Shown in pieces: positions 21,615 to 31,728 of a stretch of 61,225 nucleotides of DNA. A program made the translations under genes and the position numbers. The DNA is from an uncultured bacterium (lineage in GTDB: Bacteria > Pseudomonadota > Alphaproteobacteria > Rs-D84): the NCBI GenBank assembly GCA_950096895.1, contig CATNBF010000005.1, positions 1 through 61,225 of the forward strand. Direction: 5' to 3'. Numbering within the stretch: position 1 is the stretch's first letter; each line of letters begins with the position of its first letter. The notes below the pieces were generated by a model. The model was not told the DNA's origin. It saw only the letters and a program-made list of their open reading frames with translations, and searched no databases.

Positions 21615-22793
21615 TTACCCTATGGTATAATCGGTGGCGGATTGGCCGGCGATGCGTCCGGTGGCCCATGCCCATTGCAAATTAAATCCCCCCAGATCAC
21701 CGGTGATATCCAAGACTTCGCCCGCAAAGAATAATCCTGGGCATCGTTTTGATTCCAGTGTTCGTGGGGATATATCTTGGGTGTCAATGCCACCATATGT
21801 CACTTCGGCGGTGGCAAAAGATCCACGATTTAATTGATCGCCGGTAATTGTGAAATTTTCAATACGATCAACAATGTCTTTGATCTGGATGGTGGATAAA
21901 TCCGCAATACGTACGTCGGCATATGGCCCCGCGATCCATCGGGCCAAACGGGCGGGTATAATCGTCCCCAACCATGTCGATACCGATCGGCGACCATTTT
22001 GTTGACGCGCCGTGGTAATGTGGGCGCGGATATCTGTGCCAGGACAGAAATTAATGCGTATCCCATCCCCCAGATCATGCAACGATGCCCGATATGCCGC
22101 CGGCCCGCCAATCCCATTGTGTGTCATCAGCATGGCATCAGTAATCACATACTGGGCCACAGAAATGGCTACATTTAATGATATGCCCGCCAATTCTGGA
22201 TCCATAACCGGTGTGATTATCGCCCCCAATCCGGGACGCACAGGAATGATTTTATGTCCGAATTGCTTGGCAATTTTATAGCCCAAATCAGACACACCCA
22301 GATTGGCATAGGATACACCACCCGTTGCAACAATTAAACACCGGCCGGTAAAGTTTCCACGTGCCGTGGTAACGGTAAACAGATCATCGGATCTGGAAAC
22401 CGATACGACCATTGTGTTGAAAATAAATTTGGCCTTTTGCGCATCTTGCCACAGTGCATCCACCACCGCCGCCGCCCCGGCATCACAGAAAAAGCGACCC
22501 GGACTGGATTCCCGTGGGGCAAGATTATGTTGGTCTGCCCATGCCAAAATATCCGATGGGGAAACGCGGGCCAAAATACCACGAACAAAGTCCGGATTTA
22601 TACCAAAATATCGATTTCTTGATGCCGCCATGTTTGTGATATTGCATCGACCCCCGCCCGAAATACGAACCTTGCGGGCCGGCGCATCCCCCATATCCAA
22701 CACCAATGTCCGTCGTCCGGCGGTGACGCATTCTGATGTCGCCATTAATCCCGATGCACCGGCACCAATAATAATTACATCAAATATATTCAT
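21615..22793 (-). CDS. HI0933/BaiN family NAD(P)/FAD-dependent oxidoreductase
   Basis: IIGAGASG, SGGGRCNITN, ATGGVSY, AEVTYGGI, GGFNLQWAWATG. Confidence 0.92.
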   Translation of the reverse strand: MNIFDVIIIGAGASGLMATSECVTAGRRTLVLDMGDAPARKVRISGGGRCNITNMAASRNRYFGINPDFVRGILARVSPSDILAWADQHNLAPRESSPGRFFCDAGAAAVVDALWQDAQKAKFIFNTMVVSVSRSDDLFTVTTARGNFTGRCLIVATGGVSYANLGVSDLGYKIAKQFGHKIIPVRPGLGAIITPVMDPELAGISLNVAISVAQYVITDAMLMTHNGIGGPAAYRASLHDLGDGIRINFCPGTDIRAHITTARQQNGRRSVSTWLGTIIPARLARWIAGPYADVRIADLSTIQIKDIVDRIENFTITGDQLNRGSFATAEVTYGGIDTQDISPRTLESKRCPGLFFAGEVLDITGDLGGFNLQWAWATGRIAGQSATDYTIG

Positions 22794-22893
22794 GAATTTA
22801 TTTATAGCATTGGGGGACATAAAAATCCATCAGATTTTCGCCGTGCCAGATGGTAATCGATGCATTAAAATCCCGCCATTTGGCGGGATATTT

Positions 22894-25884
22894 TTACCAC
22901 ATTGCATAGCCTGGGTTACAGATACGTTCACACTTTTTAGTGGCCGGATTCCATTTCATGGTACCTGTTTCGTCCGAATGATTTTCGCAAATCGGGCGGC
23001 ATTCGTTGCCATCTAAAATATACTTTTCGCCACTGTACAGACATGATGCCAATTCACATCCTTGGACATAACTGGATGCCGCCGGTTCACCCAAGATACT
23101 GTAATAATTCCGGCAACGGCCACACGGGGCATTGGGTTCGTCAGATTCGGCCGCAATATCCGTGTAACCCGGATCGCAATAGATCGCAATGCATGGCCCC
23201 CATGTTCCCGATGCCATATCCCATTCGCGCACGCCGACGCCATGTGCCACCGTACAGGATTGTTCGTCTGTGACGCATGCACCGTTCAAGACATGATATC
23301 CAGATTCGCATTCTGTGGCGGTACAATTAGAATAGGTCTTTTTGGCATTATTCCATATGCGAACCGCAGTAATGGTATTCGGCGCGGTGCATTCGATTTC
23401 ATCTGGTTCACACGCCAAACCACCAGTATTGGGGTGATAACCCGCGATACAGTTTGTGATCTTGCAATTGGCATTGGCCATGTATTCCAACGCAAATTCG
23501 CGATCGCATGGTTCACAAACGCCATTGATCAATTCGAAATCCGGCCGGCAGAATTTTTCAACGCACACGCCATCAACGACATCACATGGATTTCCACTGT
23601 CGGATGTTCCGGTAAATGAACATGTGTTTGGATAGAATTCTGTTGAATTAACCGGGTTGGCAATTCCGCCCACAATTGTGTGTCTGTCACAGCGGGCAAA
23701 GCATTCTGTTGGCGCACCGGCATCTTGTGATGATGTCCATTGGCCGTCGCCCAAATCAACGCACGGATTCAAGCCTTGGGTTCCGCCATTGGTTTCAAAA
23801 TCACCACCCGGGCAATAATTGTCGTTCAGACATTGTCTGCATCCCAATCCATCGGCATAATATTGACCAACCGAACATGTTGTTTTTCCTGCGATCCAGT
23901 ACGCATAGATCTTGGTCGATGCGATCCCAGCAAAGGTCAGGGCTTCTTGGCTGAACACAAAATCACCATCTGGGTCGACAATTTGTATACCGGCCCCTTG
24001 GGGTTGGGTATAGTATCCGCCAAAGTCATAACCAATTTTGGTCGGCAATACGGCGATCCCACTGATAGGACTTGTCATTTCAAAATCTTCGTACCAACGT
24101 TTACCATATTCCAGATAAAGGTTTTTGATTCCAGCCGGGGTGCTTGGCTTTTGATCGTCCAATACCACCAGACGGCGTATGTCACGACATACCGGTAAAT
24201 GTGTTTCGATATCGATTTCATCAATATAGCCATTGCGACATGTTACAGTGTATGTACATGTTGGATACGCATCTGGGCTTTCCGCATAAACACGGTCGAC
24301 GTCTGGTTCAACACGAACCGCAAATTCAACATCTTTGACCTGAAGATCACATAATTGATAACATTTACCCAATGAATCACGCGGCACATCGGTTCCGTCG
24401 CCATCCGCCGGGCATTTCACCGGCGCAGCATCTTCACCCGGGCAATACGATCCATCATCACAGATTGGACACGTCAGCCCTTCGACATAATATCCAGGCT
24501 TGGCCCAAACACCAATCAGGTCGGCATAAAAAGTATTTTCATTTGTTGTGCATCCGGATTTGATCACCCCATCACCCGTGCCATAGGCATTGGAAAAGGC
24601 CACGTATTCACAGTCAGTCTTCGGAACTGATGTCCATTGGCCGTCACGGCAATTTTGAGGTATATTTTCAAATATTATTGATCCTGACCATGAGCGTAAT
24701 TTGGTATCACTGAAACAATCTGTAATGGCAATAGAATTTGCCAACGCGTTGGGATACCCTGTGGGGCATACCCGACAGGCCAGCCCATCGGCATAATGTC
24801 CCGCATCTGAAACCACAGAAACCCTGTCTTTGGTACAATCTGTTGGGGTGCAATCCGGACCGACCAAGGTTCCGTTGTATTGCTTTTTATAACTGCATTC
24901 CCCGGGTGTACAGGCCACAGTTGTCTGGTTTATACAACCGGCTGGCAATGCTGGCTCGATCTGATCACCATATTTTTTGAATATCCCAACGCAGCTATCT
25001 TGGGTTGCCAATCCAGTTCCGCCATCACGATAGTCGGCCGGACACGCGTTTAATCCTTTGTCCATAACCGCACTAAAATCCAGATCGCCCCCCGGACAGT
25101 AATTGCCCGCCGTACATGGTTTACATGTCTGTTGTCCCATGGGCAAATATTGACCCGCCGGACAGTGGAATGTATTTAGCTGGCATTCGTTACCGTTCTT
25201 GACGTATCCGTCTGGGCATGTAAAGTCGAGCATCGGGCATAACCCACCGGTATTACAATTTCCGCCATAATACTGGGTTGCGGTATATTGGTATGTGGTG
25301 TTATACGTACATGTTGCATGTTCGGGACATTGTGCGATGTTATTCCCACTGCATGTTACAGAACAAGGTTTAGAGCATGCAGACCCTTGGTTTGCGGTAC
25401 ATTCATTATACGTACCGGTCCAACCGGTACCCAGTGTGTTACACGCCTTGGCCACCTGACAGCATGAACATGTGGATCCGCTGCCCTTGACTTGAAACCC
25501 GGTATTACAGGTGCACGCATAAGACGTTGCAGAACATGAATTCCAGTCAGAACATCCGGTACAGGTTCCTGTGCCGATTTTACCAGTGGAACCATCACTG
25601 CCGTTACCGCCGGTAAATTTACCTTTGCATGATCTTGATCCAGTACCCACACGTTTCCCACCGGTTATTGCGGTTTCTGTGGTACATGTTTCGGTTATGC
25701 TGCTGTTTACCGTGCTGCATAAAATACAGGCATTGCCAACGCCAGCCTTGTTCATATAGTATCCAGAATTACACGCGGTGTATTCTTTATCAGAACATTC
25801 ATACCCCGCGGCATAAAGCGTTGTTGAAAATAACAACAACGCCAAAGTCTTAAAAATATGCAGAAAATGTGGACTTTTTCTCAC
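22894..25884 (-). CDS. large secreted Cys-rich repeat protein (CxxGxYC repeats, InlB B-repeat-like module)
   Basis: Signal peptide; many CPAGQY/CTAGNYCPGG units; LPTKIGYDFGGYYT...IYAYW resembles the Listeria-Bacteroides repeat. Confidence 0.85.
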   Translation of the reverse strand: MRKSPHFLHIFKTLALLLFSTTLYAAGYECSDKEYTACNSGYYMNKAGVGNACILCSTVNSSITETCTTETAITGGKRVGTGSRSCKGKFTGGNGSDGSTGKIGTGTCTGCSDWNSCSATSYACTCNTGFQVKGSGSTCSCCQVAKACNTLGTGWTGTYNECTANQGSACSKPCSVTCSGNNIAQCPEHATCTYNTTYQYTATQYYGGNCNTGGLCPMLDFTCPDGYVKNGNECQLNTFHCPAGQYLPMGQQTCKPCTAGNYCPGGDLDFSAVMDKGLNACPADYRDGGTGLATQDSCVGIFKKYGDQIEPALPAGCINQTTVACTPGECSYKKQYNGTLVGPDCTPTDCTKDRVSVVSDAGHYADGLACRVCPTGYPNALANSIAITDCFSDTKLRSWSGSIIFENIPQNCRDGQWTSVPKTDCEYVAFSNAYGTGDGVIKSGCTTNENTFYADLIGVWAKPGYYVEGLTCPICDDGSYCPGEDAAPVKCPADGDGTDVPRDSLGKCYQLCDLQVKDVEFAVRVEPDVDRVYAESPDAYPTCTYTVTCRNGYIDEIDIETHLPVCRDIRRLVVLDDQKPSTPAGIKNLYLEYGKRWYEDFEMTSPISGIAVLPTKIGYDFGGYYTQPQGAGIQIVDPDGDFVFSQEALTFAGIASTKIYAYWIAGKTTCSVGQYYADGLGCRQCLNDNYCPGGDFETNGGTQGLNPCVDLGDGQWTSSQDAGAPTECFARCDRHTIVGGIANPVNSTEFYPNTCSFTGTSDSGNPCDVVDGVCVEKFCRPDFELINGVCEPCDREFALEYMANANCKITNCIAGYHPNTGGLACEPDEIECTAPNTITAVRIWNNAKKTYSNCTATECESGYHVLNGACVTDEQSCTVAHGVGVREWDMASGTWGPCIAIYCDPGYTDIAAESDEPNAPCGRCRNYYSILGEPAASSYVQGCELASCLYSGEKYILDGNECRPICENHSDETGTMKWNPATKKCERICNPGYAMW
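25252..25434 (-). repeat. 183-bp intragenic cassette shared (inverted) with 47851-48033
   Basis: Manual ungapped alignment gives about 11 mismatches in 183 bp. Confidence 0.92.
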
Positions 25885-25984
25885 TTTCTTCCTCTCTTTT
25901 GTATGTCATTCTAGAAAAAAGCGGCCAATTGATGCAAGAGAAAAATAACCATAAAATAAAAAAAACGCCATACGCGGTATTTTG

Positions 25985-26061
25985 TGGTGGGTTAGGTAGG
26001 ACTTGAACCCACGACCAAAGCGTTATGAGCGCTCCGCTCTAACCAACTGAGCTACTAACCC
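25985..26061 (-). tRNA. tRNA with CAT anticodon, probably tRNA-Ile2 (lysidine)
   Basis: GGGTTAG/CTAACCC acceptor stem, GAGCG-CTCATAA-CGCTT arm, GGTTCAAGTCC, ACCA; paired 1:72 excludes initiator; Ile2 versus elongator Met is inferred. Confidence 0.9.
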
Positions 26062-26150
26062 ACGCGGGCCATTATACATAAATTATGATGTGATTCAAGA
26101 TAAAAATTTTTTGTCTTTTCTTTTGGTGGTGAATATGGCATGATCCCGTC

Positions 26151-27431
26151 ATGACATCAATGGTACCAATTTTGAATGAAACCCAGATGGCGGCATTTAA
26201 TGCCATTGAAAAATCCCATGGGAATATCTTGATCCTGGGCCAGGCGGGAACCGGAAAATCAACATTTGTAAATTTTTTGAAATCCGCATCCAGCAAGCGC
26301 GTTATTTGCGCATGTCCCACCGCGGTTTCGGCATTGAATATTGGTGGACAAACCATTCATTCGATGTTCCAGATCCAGCCGCGGGATTTCATTATGCCAG
26401 AACTTCTGAAACTAAAGGCCAAGACCCGTAATATTTTAACCGCTGCTGATATTCTGATCATTGATGAAATTTCTATGGTGGCCCCAGATTTATTGGATGC
26501 GATGGACATATTGGCCCGCCAGGCCCGGCGAAACGATGCCCCCATGGGCGGATTACAGATCGTGGCCATTGGGGATCTGTTTCAGTTACCACCGGTGATC
26601 ACGCGTGATGCCATTGCATATTATTCTGGTGAATACGGGCATTCCAACGCGTATTTTTTTGATAGCCATGTATATCGTCGTGCCCATTTTGAAAAATATG
26701 ATTTTGATTTGGTTTATCGCCAGAATGATACGGAATTGTTGGATAATTTGATGCGGTTACGCGATAACGATACAGGGGCCTTGGAATTTTTCAATCGGTG
26801 CCAGATCTCTGATCCCGGCCGTCGGTCAAATGCGGTTATTATTACGCCTTTTCGGGCGGTTGCCGAACGAATAAATGCGGATCGATTGGGGCAAATTAAT
26901 GCGCCCATTGTGGTGTATAACGGTGTTTTATCTGGTACATTTCCCGAACGGGATACGCCGGCCCCGCTGGCCCTGGAATTAAAAATTGGGGCATTGGTTG
27001 TTTTTGTGAAAAATGGGGATAAATGGCATAATGGTTCAATGGGAATCGTGCGCCATTTGGGGGCGCGTGAAATTATAATCGATCTGTTGGGGGATGGCCA
27101 AGAAACGGTGACGGTCAAACCGGAAAAGTGGGAGAAAATCGAATACACCCGGGATGAAAACGATCGGTTAATTGAAAACGAAGTCGGCAGTTTTAAGCAG
27201 TTTCCATTAACCTTGGGTTATGCCATGACGATCCACAAGGCCCAAGGCAAAACATTAGATGCCGTTGTGGTGGATATTTCCCGTGGGGCCTTTGCACATG
27301 GGCAAACATATGTGGCCTTGTCCCGAACCAGATCGGCGGCAGATATGCATATAACGGCCCCGCTGCGCCCACGTGATGTTATTTTTGATGGGCGCGTTTT
27401 GGACTTTGTTTCCGGTGACGCAGATCGTTAA
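26151..27431 (+). CDS. PIF1-like SF1B DNA helicase
   Basis: GQAGTGKST, IIDEISMV, GDLFQLPPV, QFPLTLGYAMTIHKAQGKT, YVALSR. Confidence 0.92.
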   Translation: MTSMVPILNETQMAAFNAIEKSHGNILILGQAGTGKSTFVNFLKSASSKRVICACPTAVSALNIGGQTIHSMFQIQPRDFIMPELLKLKAKTRNILTAADILIIDEISMVAPDLLDAMDILARQARRNDAPMGGLQIVAIGDLFQLPPVITRDAIAYYSGEYGHSNAYFFDSHVYRRAHFEKYDFDLVYRQNDTELLDNLMRLRDNDTGALEFFNRCQISDPGRRSNAVIITPFRAVAERINADRLGQINAPIVVYNGVLSGTFPERDTPAPLALELKIGALVVFVKNGDKWHNGSMGIVRHLGAREIIIDLLGDGQETVTVKPEKWEKIEYTRDENDRLIENEVGSFKQFPLTLGYAMTIHKAQGKTLDAVVVDISRGAFAHGQTYVALSRTRSAADMHITAPLRPRDVIFDGRVLDFVSGDADR

Positions 27432-28461
27432 CCATGTGGTCATAAACCGCCTGGCCGGATTGACGCATTTTTTCAAAATCAACCGTTGGACCAGATACCA
27501 ATTCGGCCACCGATGGAATTTCCCCGGCGGTAATGGTGTTGTGTGCTGCGGCAACAATGGCGTTACGTTCGGCATCAAAGACCACGTGACCATTTGGTGT
27601 TAATTGCTTGTCCCAGTTGGGATCGATACGCAATTGACATGTATCATGTTCATCCCCGCCATCGATGATCAAGTTGCTGGCGATGATCAAATTTCCTGAG
27701 GCGACTGACATATACATGGGGGGATAGTTTTTTGTTTTTGTGAAAAACCAATCGGACATATTATTATTCAGATCCATCATATAATCAGATATTGATGCAA
27801 AGCTTAATGTATTAAATCGCACATGATGCAGTGGGGTTATAGGGGCATGCTGGATCACCAAGACATTTTGCTGGATCTGGGTAATTTCTGTGTTTGAAAA
27901 TCCCATGTCGCGCATCTGGTCGGCCATGTAATCTGATACTTGGCGAATAATCGCGGCCCCATGTGAATGTGCCCAAAGGCAAATCCGTCGCATATTTGTC
28001 ACCACAGAATTAATATCACGACGATGCCCGGTGGCGTTAACCAGGCGCGGCTTGAAAATCAAATTAAATGCCCGTTGGACAATATTGGGGATTGGTTCAT
28101 TGGCGTTCATATTGGCCAGCTTGCATTCATTCGCCGCTTTTAGAGTGACGCGATCACCCGCCCGACGAAAGATATTAACGCGGTCTAAAAATGTGTTTCG
28201 ATCCCCAAACATATAATATGCCGAATAAATCTGGACATCATGAATGTTGGCGTTTTTCAAAATGCTTTCCATCATGGATGCATAGTTATTGGCAACACGG
28301 GGAAAATCTGTACAATCGCCACCAAACAAAATCATCGCCGGTTGATTAATCGCGATGCGTGTCACATTTGTCACGCCATAGGGATTGAACGCTGATTTTT
28401 GTACACGACGGATAAGGCGAAGGTGACTGGGGCAATAGGGCTTAGATGGCGTTTCAGACAT
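27379..28461 (-). CDS. hypothetical alpha/beta-hydrolase-like protein, paralog 1
   Basis: LFGGDCT, AHSHGA nucleophile-elbow-like motif, EHD; collinear with the next gene. Confidence 0.7.
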   Translation of the reverse strand: MSETPSKPYCPSHLRLIRRVQKSAFNPYGVTNVTRIAINQPAMILFGGDCTDFPRVANNYASMMESILKNANIHDVQIYSAYYMFGDRNTFLDRVNIFRRAGDRVTLKAANECKLANMNANEPIPNIVQRAFNLIFKPRLVNATGHRRDINSVVTNMRRICLWAHSHGAAIIRQVSDYMADQMRDMGFSNTEITQIQQNVLVIQHAPITPLHHVRFNTLSFASISDYMMDLNNNMSDWFFTKTKNYPPMYMSVASGNLIIASNLIIDGGDEHDTCQLRIDPNWDKQLTPNGHVVFDAERNAIVAAAHNTITAGEIPSVAELVSGPTVDFEKMRQSGQAVYDHMVNDLRHRKQSPKRAHQK

Positions 28462-28463
28462 TT

Positions 28464-29546
28464 TTATTTTCCACGTTTTCTGTTGATGCGAATATCATTT
28501 AACATGATTTGATAAAACCTGGTGCCATTTTTGCGTAACGTGTCAAAGTCCACACTGGGGCCATCCAACATTTCCCGCACCGATGGCAGCTTGGATCCAT
28601 CAATGGCACTTTTGACAGCGGTGATAATGGCATTGCATTCGGTATCGAAAACCAGTTTGCCTTCATCGGTTAATGTTTGATATTCTGCAGAATTCTGGGC
28701 CAAGTATCGGGCATCGTGTTCGCGCGTGTAATCCGGACGAAATTGACCCGTGGTAATCAGGTTTCCCAATCTGTTACCAAAATACATTGGGGTAACATTG
28801 GCGGCATTCGTGGATAGATAATCTGACATATGATTTACATTTTCCATGACGGTATCACTGCACGATGCAAAGTTTATGTGATAAAAGGTATTATAAAACA
28901 TAGGGGCGGTTGGGGCATGGCCGATCACCAACAGATTTTTACACACCAAATCGATTTCGTATTTGGTAAATCCCATCGCAGACATTTCTTGACGCATATA
29001 ATCCCCCATGTAATGGATAACGGCCCCACCATGCGAATGTGTCCATATACGTAACCGGCGCATATATTTCAGAATTGTATCCATATCTCTTAATCGATTA
29101 TCACGGGTGATCAAACGTGGCCGGATAAAGATATTAAATGTACGGATGGCGGTGTGTGGAATGGGTTCATTGACACACATCCGCGCCAGTTTTAATTCCA
29201 GACGATCATTATCTGGGGGATAATAGCTAAGTTTAATCGTATATCCCATCTGGCGAAAAACATTTGCCCGATCCAGTCCTGGGATTCGATCCCCAAAGTT
29301 ATAGTGGGCAGAATATAAATCAAAATCCCGTACGTTATTGGTGTACAGTATTTCTTGGATCAATGATGCGTAATAATTTGCATCGCGTGAACGAACCGTT
29401 GCCCCACCACCCAATAGCAGTAAAGACGGCCGCGTCAATGGGATTCTGGATATAGTTTGTGCACCATGGGGATACGCATCCGAACGGGGAACACGTTTGA
29501 TTATTCTAATTGAACTGGGGCAATAATCGGTATTTGATTGTGTCAT
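28464..29546 (-). CDS. hypothetical alpha/beta-hydrolase-like protein, paralog 2
   Basis: LLGGGAT, THSHGG, EHD; same 360-aa length as its neighbour. Confidence 0.7.
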   Translation of the reverse strand: MTQSNTDYCPSSIRIIKRVPRSDAYPHGAQTISRIPLTRPSLLLLGGGATVRSRDANYYASLIQEILYTNNVRDFDLYSAHYNFGDRIPGLDRANVFRQMGYTIKLSYYPPDNDRLELKLARMCVNEPIPHTAIRTFNIFIRPRLITRDNRLRDMDTILKYMRRLRIWTHSHGGAVIHYMGDYMRQEMSAMGFTKYEIDLVCKNLLVIGHAPTAPMFYNTFYHINFASCSDTVMENVNHMSDYLSTNAANVTPMYFGNRLGNLITTGQFRPDYTREHDARYLAQNSAEYQTLTDEGKLVFDTECNAIITAVKSAIDGSKLPSVREMLDGPSVDFDTLRKNGTRFYQIMLNDIRINRKRGK

Positions 29547-29932
29547 GATAATTTCTTTTCCATCAAAATGGCATCAATACCGTCATAGTATTTTGGCCGT
29601 CGCCCGATTTCACAATATCCATTTTGTTCGTACAGGGCGCGGGCCGGGGTATTGTTTTCGGCCACTTCTAAAAATACTTTTTTTATGCCACCGCGCCGCA
29701 ATTCGTTTTCAACGATTCCCAACATGGCCGCGGCAATACCGGTCCGACGCGCATTGGGCGCAACGCCGATGGTGATAATTTCTGCTTCGTCCAGGACAGG
29801 GCGATAAACGATAAATCCATTATCACTGGCGATGATTTCACAACCACTGTTTTTCAATTCCGCAAATTCATTCGCATCCCATGGGCGATGGGGAAAGCAT
29901 TGGGCGTGCAGATGGGCAATTTTATCGAACAT
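29543..29932 (-). CDS. rimI: RimI-like GNAT acetyltransferase
   Basis: EAEIITIGVAPNARRTGIA, FLEVAENNTPARALY, GRRPKYY; near tsaB. Confidence 0.82.
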   Translation of the reverse strand: MFDKIAHLHAQCFPHRPWDANEFAELKNSGCEIIASDNGFIVYRPVLDEAEIITIGVAPNARRTGIAAAMLGIVENELRRGGIKKVFLEVAENNTPARALYEQNGYCEIGRRPKYYDGIDAILMEKKLS

Positions 29933-29943
29933 GTTTAATCCTT

Positions 29944-30549
29944 TTAATGCACGCGCGTAGATAATGCCGCAATAATCCGTTGGGCAAATGCGTTATCATC
30001 GCTGTTGATGGTGTCATAGTATTTGGGAAAGGGACTGATCCCCAGTTTATTTTTTATCGATGCGCGGCAATATAAATCGTCGATTTGGGCATTGTATTCT
30101 TCGGTGGCAACAATCTGGATCGGCCGTGTAATCAGACGATACGTGTTGATAAAGTTAGGGCCATTTGTTTCACGGGAAAATTTTGCCCCCGCACGCATTT
30201 TATCAATGGCGTTAATAACCAAGTCCTGTTTTTTTTGCGACAACGGCTGGGTTAAATTCATGGCAACCGATGCCTTTTCCATGCAATTAAAAACGGCCTG
30301 GGCAATTTGACCAACATCATAAAAGTGCACTGGCATTGTGCGCAGGATTAGATTCTTGGCAATATTCAAAACATATGTTTCACGCGGGAATAATCCATCT
30401 GTGGGCATATATCGTGTGGCGGTTATGTTTAATCCCCGAATTGTCAACACATGCTGGGTCATAATGTCATCGGCAATCCGCACCGCACGATTAGATGGTG
30501 TTTGATACAGCGCATCCAAATCAGACATGAATTTGGCAAGCGTGCTCAT
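29944..30549 (-). CDS. hypothetical protein with two internal repeats
   Basis: Open 201-aa ORF overlapping the tsaB stop; halves end IAQAVFNCM and FAQRIIAAL. Confidence 0.65.
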   Translation of the reverse strand: MSTLAKFMSDLDALYQTPSNRAVRIADDIMTQHVLTIRGLNITATRYMPTDGLFPRETYVLNIAKNLILRTMPVHFYDVGQIAQAVFNCMEKASVAMNLTQPLSQKKQDLVINAIDKMRAGAKFSRETNGPNFINTYRLITRPIQIVATEEYNAQIDDLYCRASIKNKLGISPFPKYYDTINSDDNAFAQRIIAALSTRVH

Positions 30550-31085
30550 TTCTTATTCTCTTCGGCATAGCTGGGGCGCAGATACATGGGAACCGCCGGT
30601 TCAATGGCGTGGGAATCTAATTTTTTCTGGACAATGTCTGGGCCATATCTTAAATCAAATGGTCGATGGCCAACGGTGCGGGGACATTCCATCTGACGCG
30701 TTTCTAATTCATCAATGGTCATAACGCATGGATCGGTCTTTGGGGATGCAACAAAGAAATCCCCACGTCCAGAATCAATCGCAACAAAGGCATCTGGGGT
30801 CGCGGCCAAATACAGTTCAAATGCATTAATCGGCACAACAGGAATATTCAGCCCCATCCCCAATCCCTTGGCATAGGCGATGCCCAAACGGATTCCGGTA
30901 AAGCTGCCGGGGCCAACAACGACGCCCACCGCGGTCAGATCACAAAATTTGACCCCACATTCATTCATGAATTTTTCGCATTCGATGGGCAATGCCACCG
31001 ATTGCTTTTCCACGGAAATAGATTTGTAATGGTTCCCCAAAACAAATTCTAAACCTGGGCCAGATGTATTAATAATCAGAATCAT
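30546..31085 (-). CDS. tsaB: tRNA threonylcarbamoyladenosine biosynthesis protein TsaB
   Basis: MILIINTS, VVGPGSFTGIRLG, IDSGRG, PMYLRPS. Confidence 0.92.
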   Translation of the reverse strand: MILIINTSGPGLEFVLGNHYKSISVEKQSVALPIECEKFMNECGVKFCDLTAVGVVVGPGSFTGIRLGIAYAKGLGMGLNIPVVPINAFELYLAATPDAFVAIDSGRGDFFVASPKTDPCVMTIDELETRQMECPRTVGHRPFDLRYGPDIVQKKLDSHAIEPAVPMYLRPSYAEENKK

Positions 31086-31376
31086 TTATGAACGCTGTTC
31101 CTGGTTAAGGTAATTGAACACTTGCTGGGCCAACTGTGTATTGTATTCCGTTGCCTCGATATGTTTGGTTAAATCAGACGTTGTCATTTCGTATTCATGT
31201 TCCCGTTTGGCACAAAAATACATCCGCATTGTCCGTTTGACCGAAATGCAATACTTGTCGTTGTTCAAACAAAACTTATACGAAATACCCCCGATATGAA
31301 ACAGGTAAGTGTTCTTGATCCGATGCGGGCCGGATATAATTTCGTTAAAGATTAAGATTTTATCCTTGTTATTCAT
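31086..31376 (-). CDS. small hypothetical protein
   Basis: ATG 31376 just after the upstream stop; ends LAQQVFNYL. Confidence 0.55.
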   Translation of the reverse strand: MNNKDKILIFNEIISGPHRIKNTYLFHIGGISYKFCLNNDKYCISVKRTMRMYFCAKREHEYEMTTSDLTKHIEATEYNTQLAQQVFNYLNQEQRS

Positions 31377-31380
31377 ACTA

Positions 31381-31665
31381 TTAACGTGTTTTATCAACTT
31401 TGAAGGCCTTTTTGCGCATTTGTTCTTGCAAATTATATATTTTTTTCGCCTGGTCTCTGTGTATAGTGACTGTATTGTTTGTCCCCTTATCAAAAATTTT
31501 GGTACGGAATTTATAACGCCGGTTTATATAGATCTCAAAGGATTGAATAATAAATCTGTCTGTCTCAAGTCTATAAACACTGCCAGAAGGTATAAAGGAA
31601 AAACTTGGGGTAACGCCGCATACTTTTATCAGGCAACGAAAAGCATAGTATGTCAATATATTCAT
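31381..31665 (-). CDS. small hypothetical protein
   Basis: 94-aa AT-rich ORF ending QAKKIYNL. Confidence 0.55.
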   Translation of the reverse strand: MNILTYYAFRCLIKVCGVTPSFSFIPSGSVYRLETDRFIIQSFEIYINRRYKFRTKIFDKGTNNTVTIHRDQAKKIYNLQEQMRKKAFKVDKTR

Positions 31666-31728
31666 TTTTTACTCTATTTATATAACATATTAAATTATTA
31701 TTCAAAATCTTTAATTTGTCAATAATTA

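Noticed and set aside
31086-31665. Frameshifted single gene from overlapping ORFs 31086-31493 and 31381-31665
   Set aside because: An internal ATG at 31376 follows the upstream stop directly, giving two adjacent small genes
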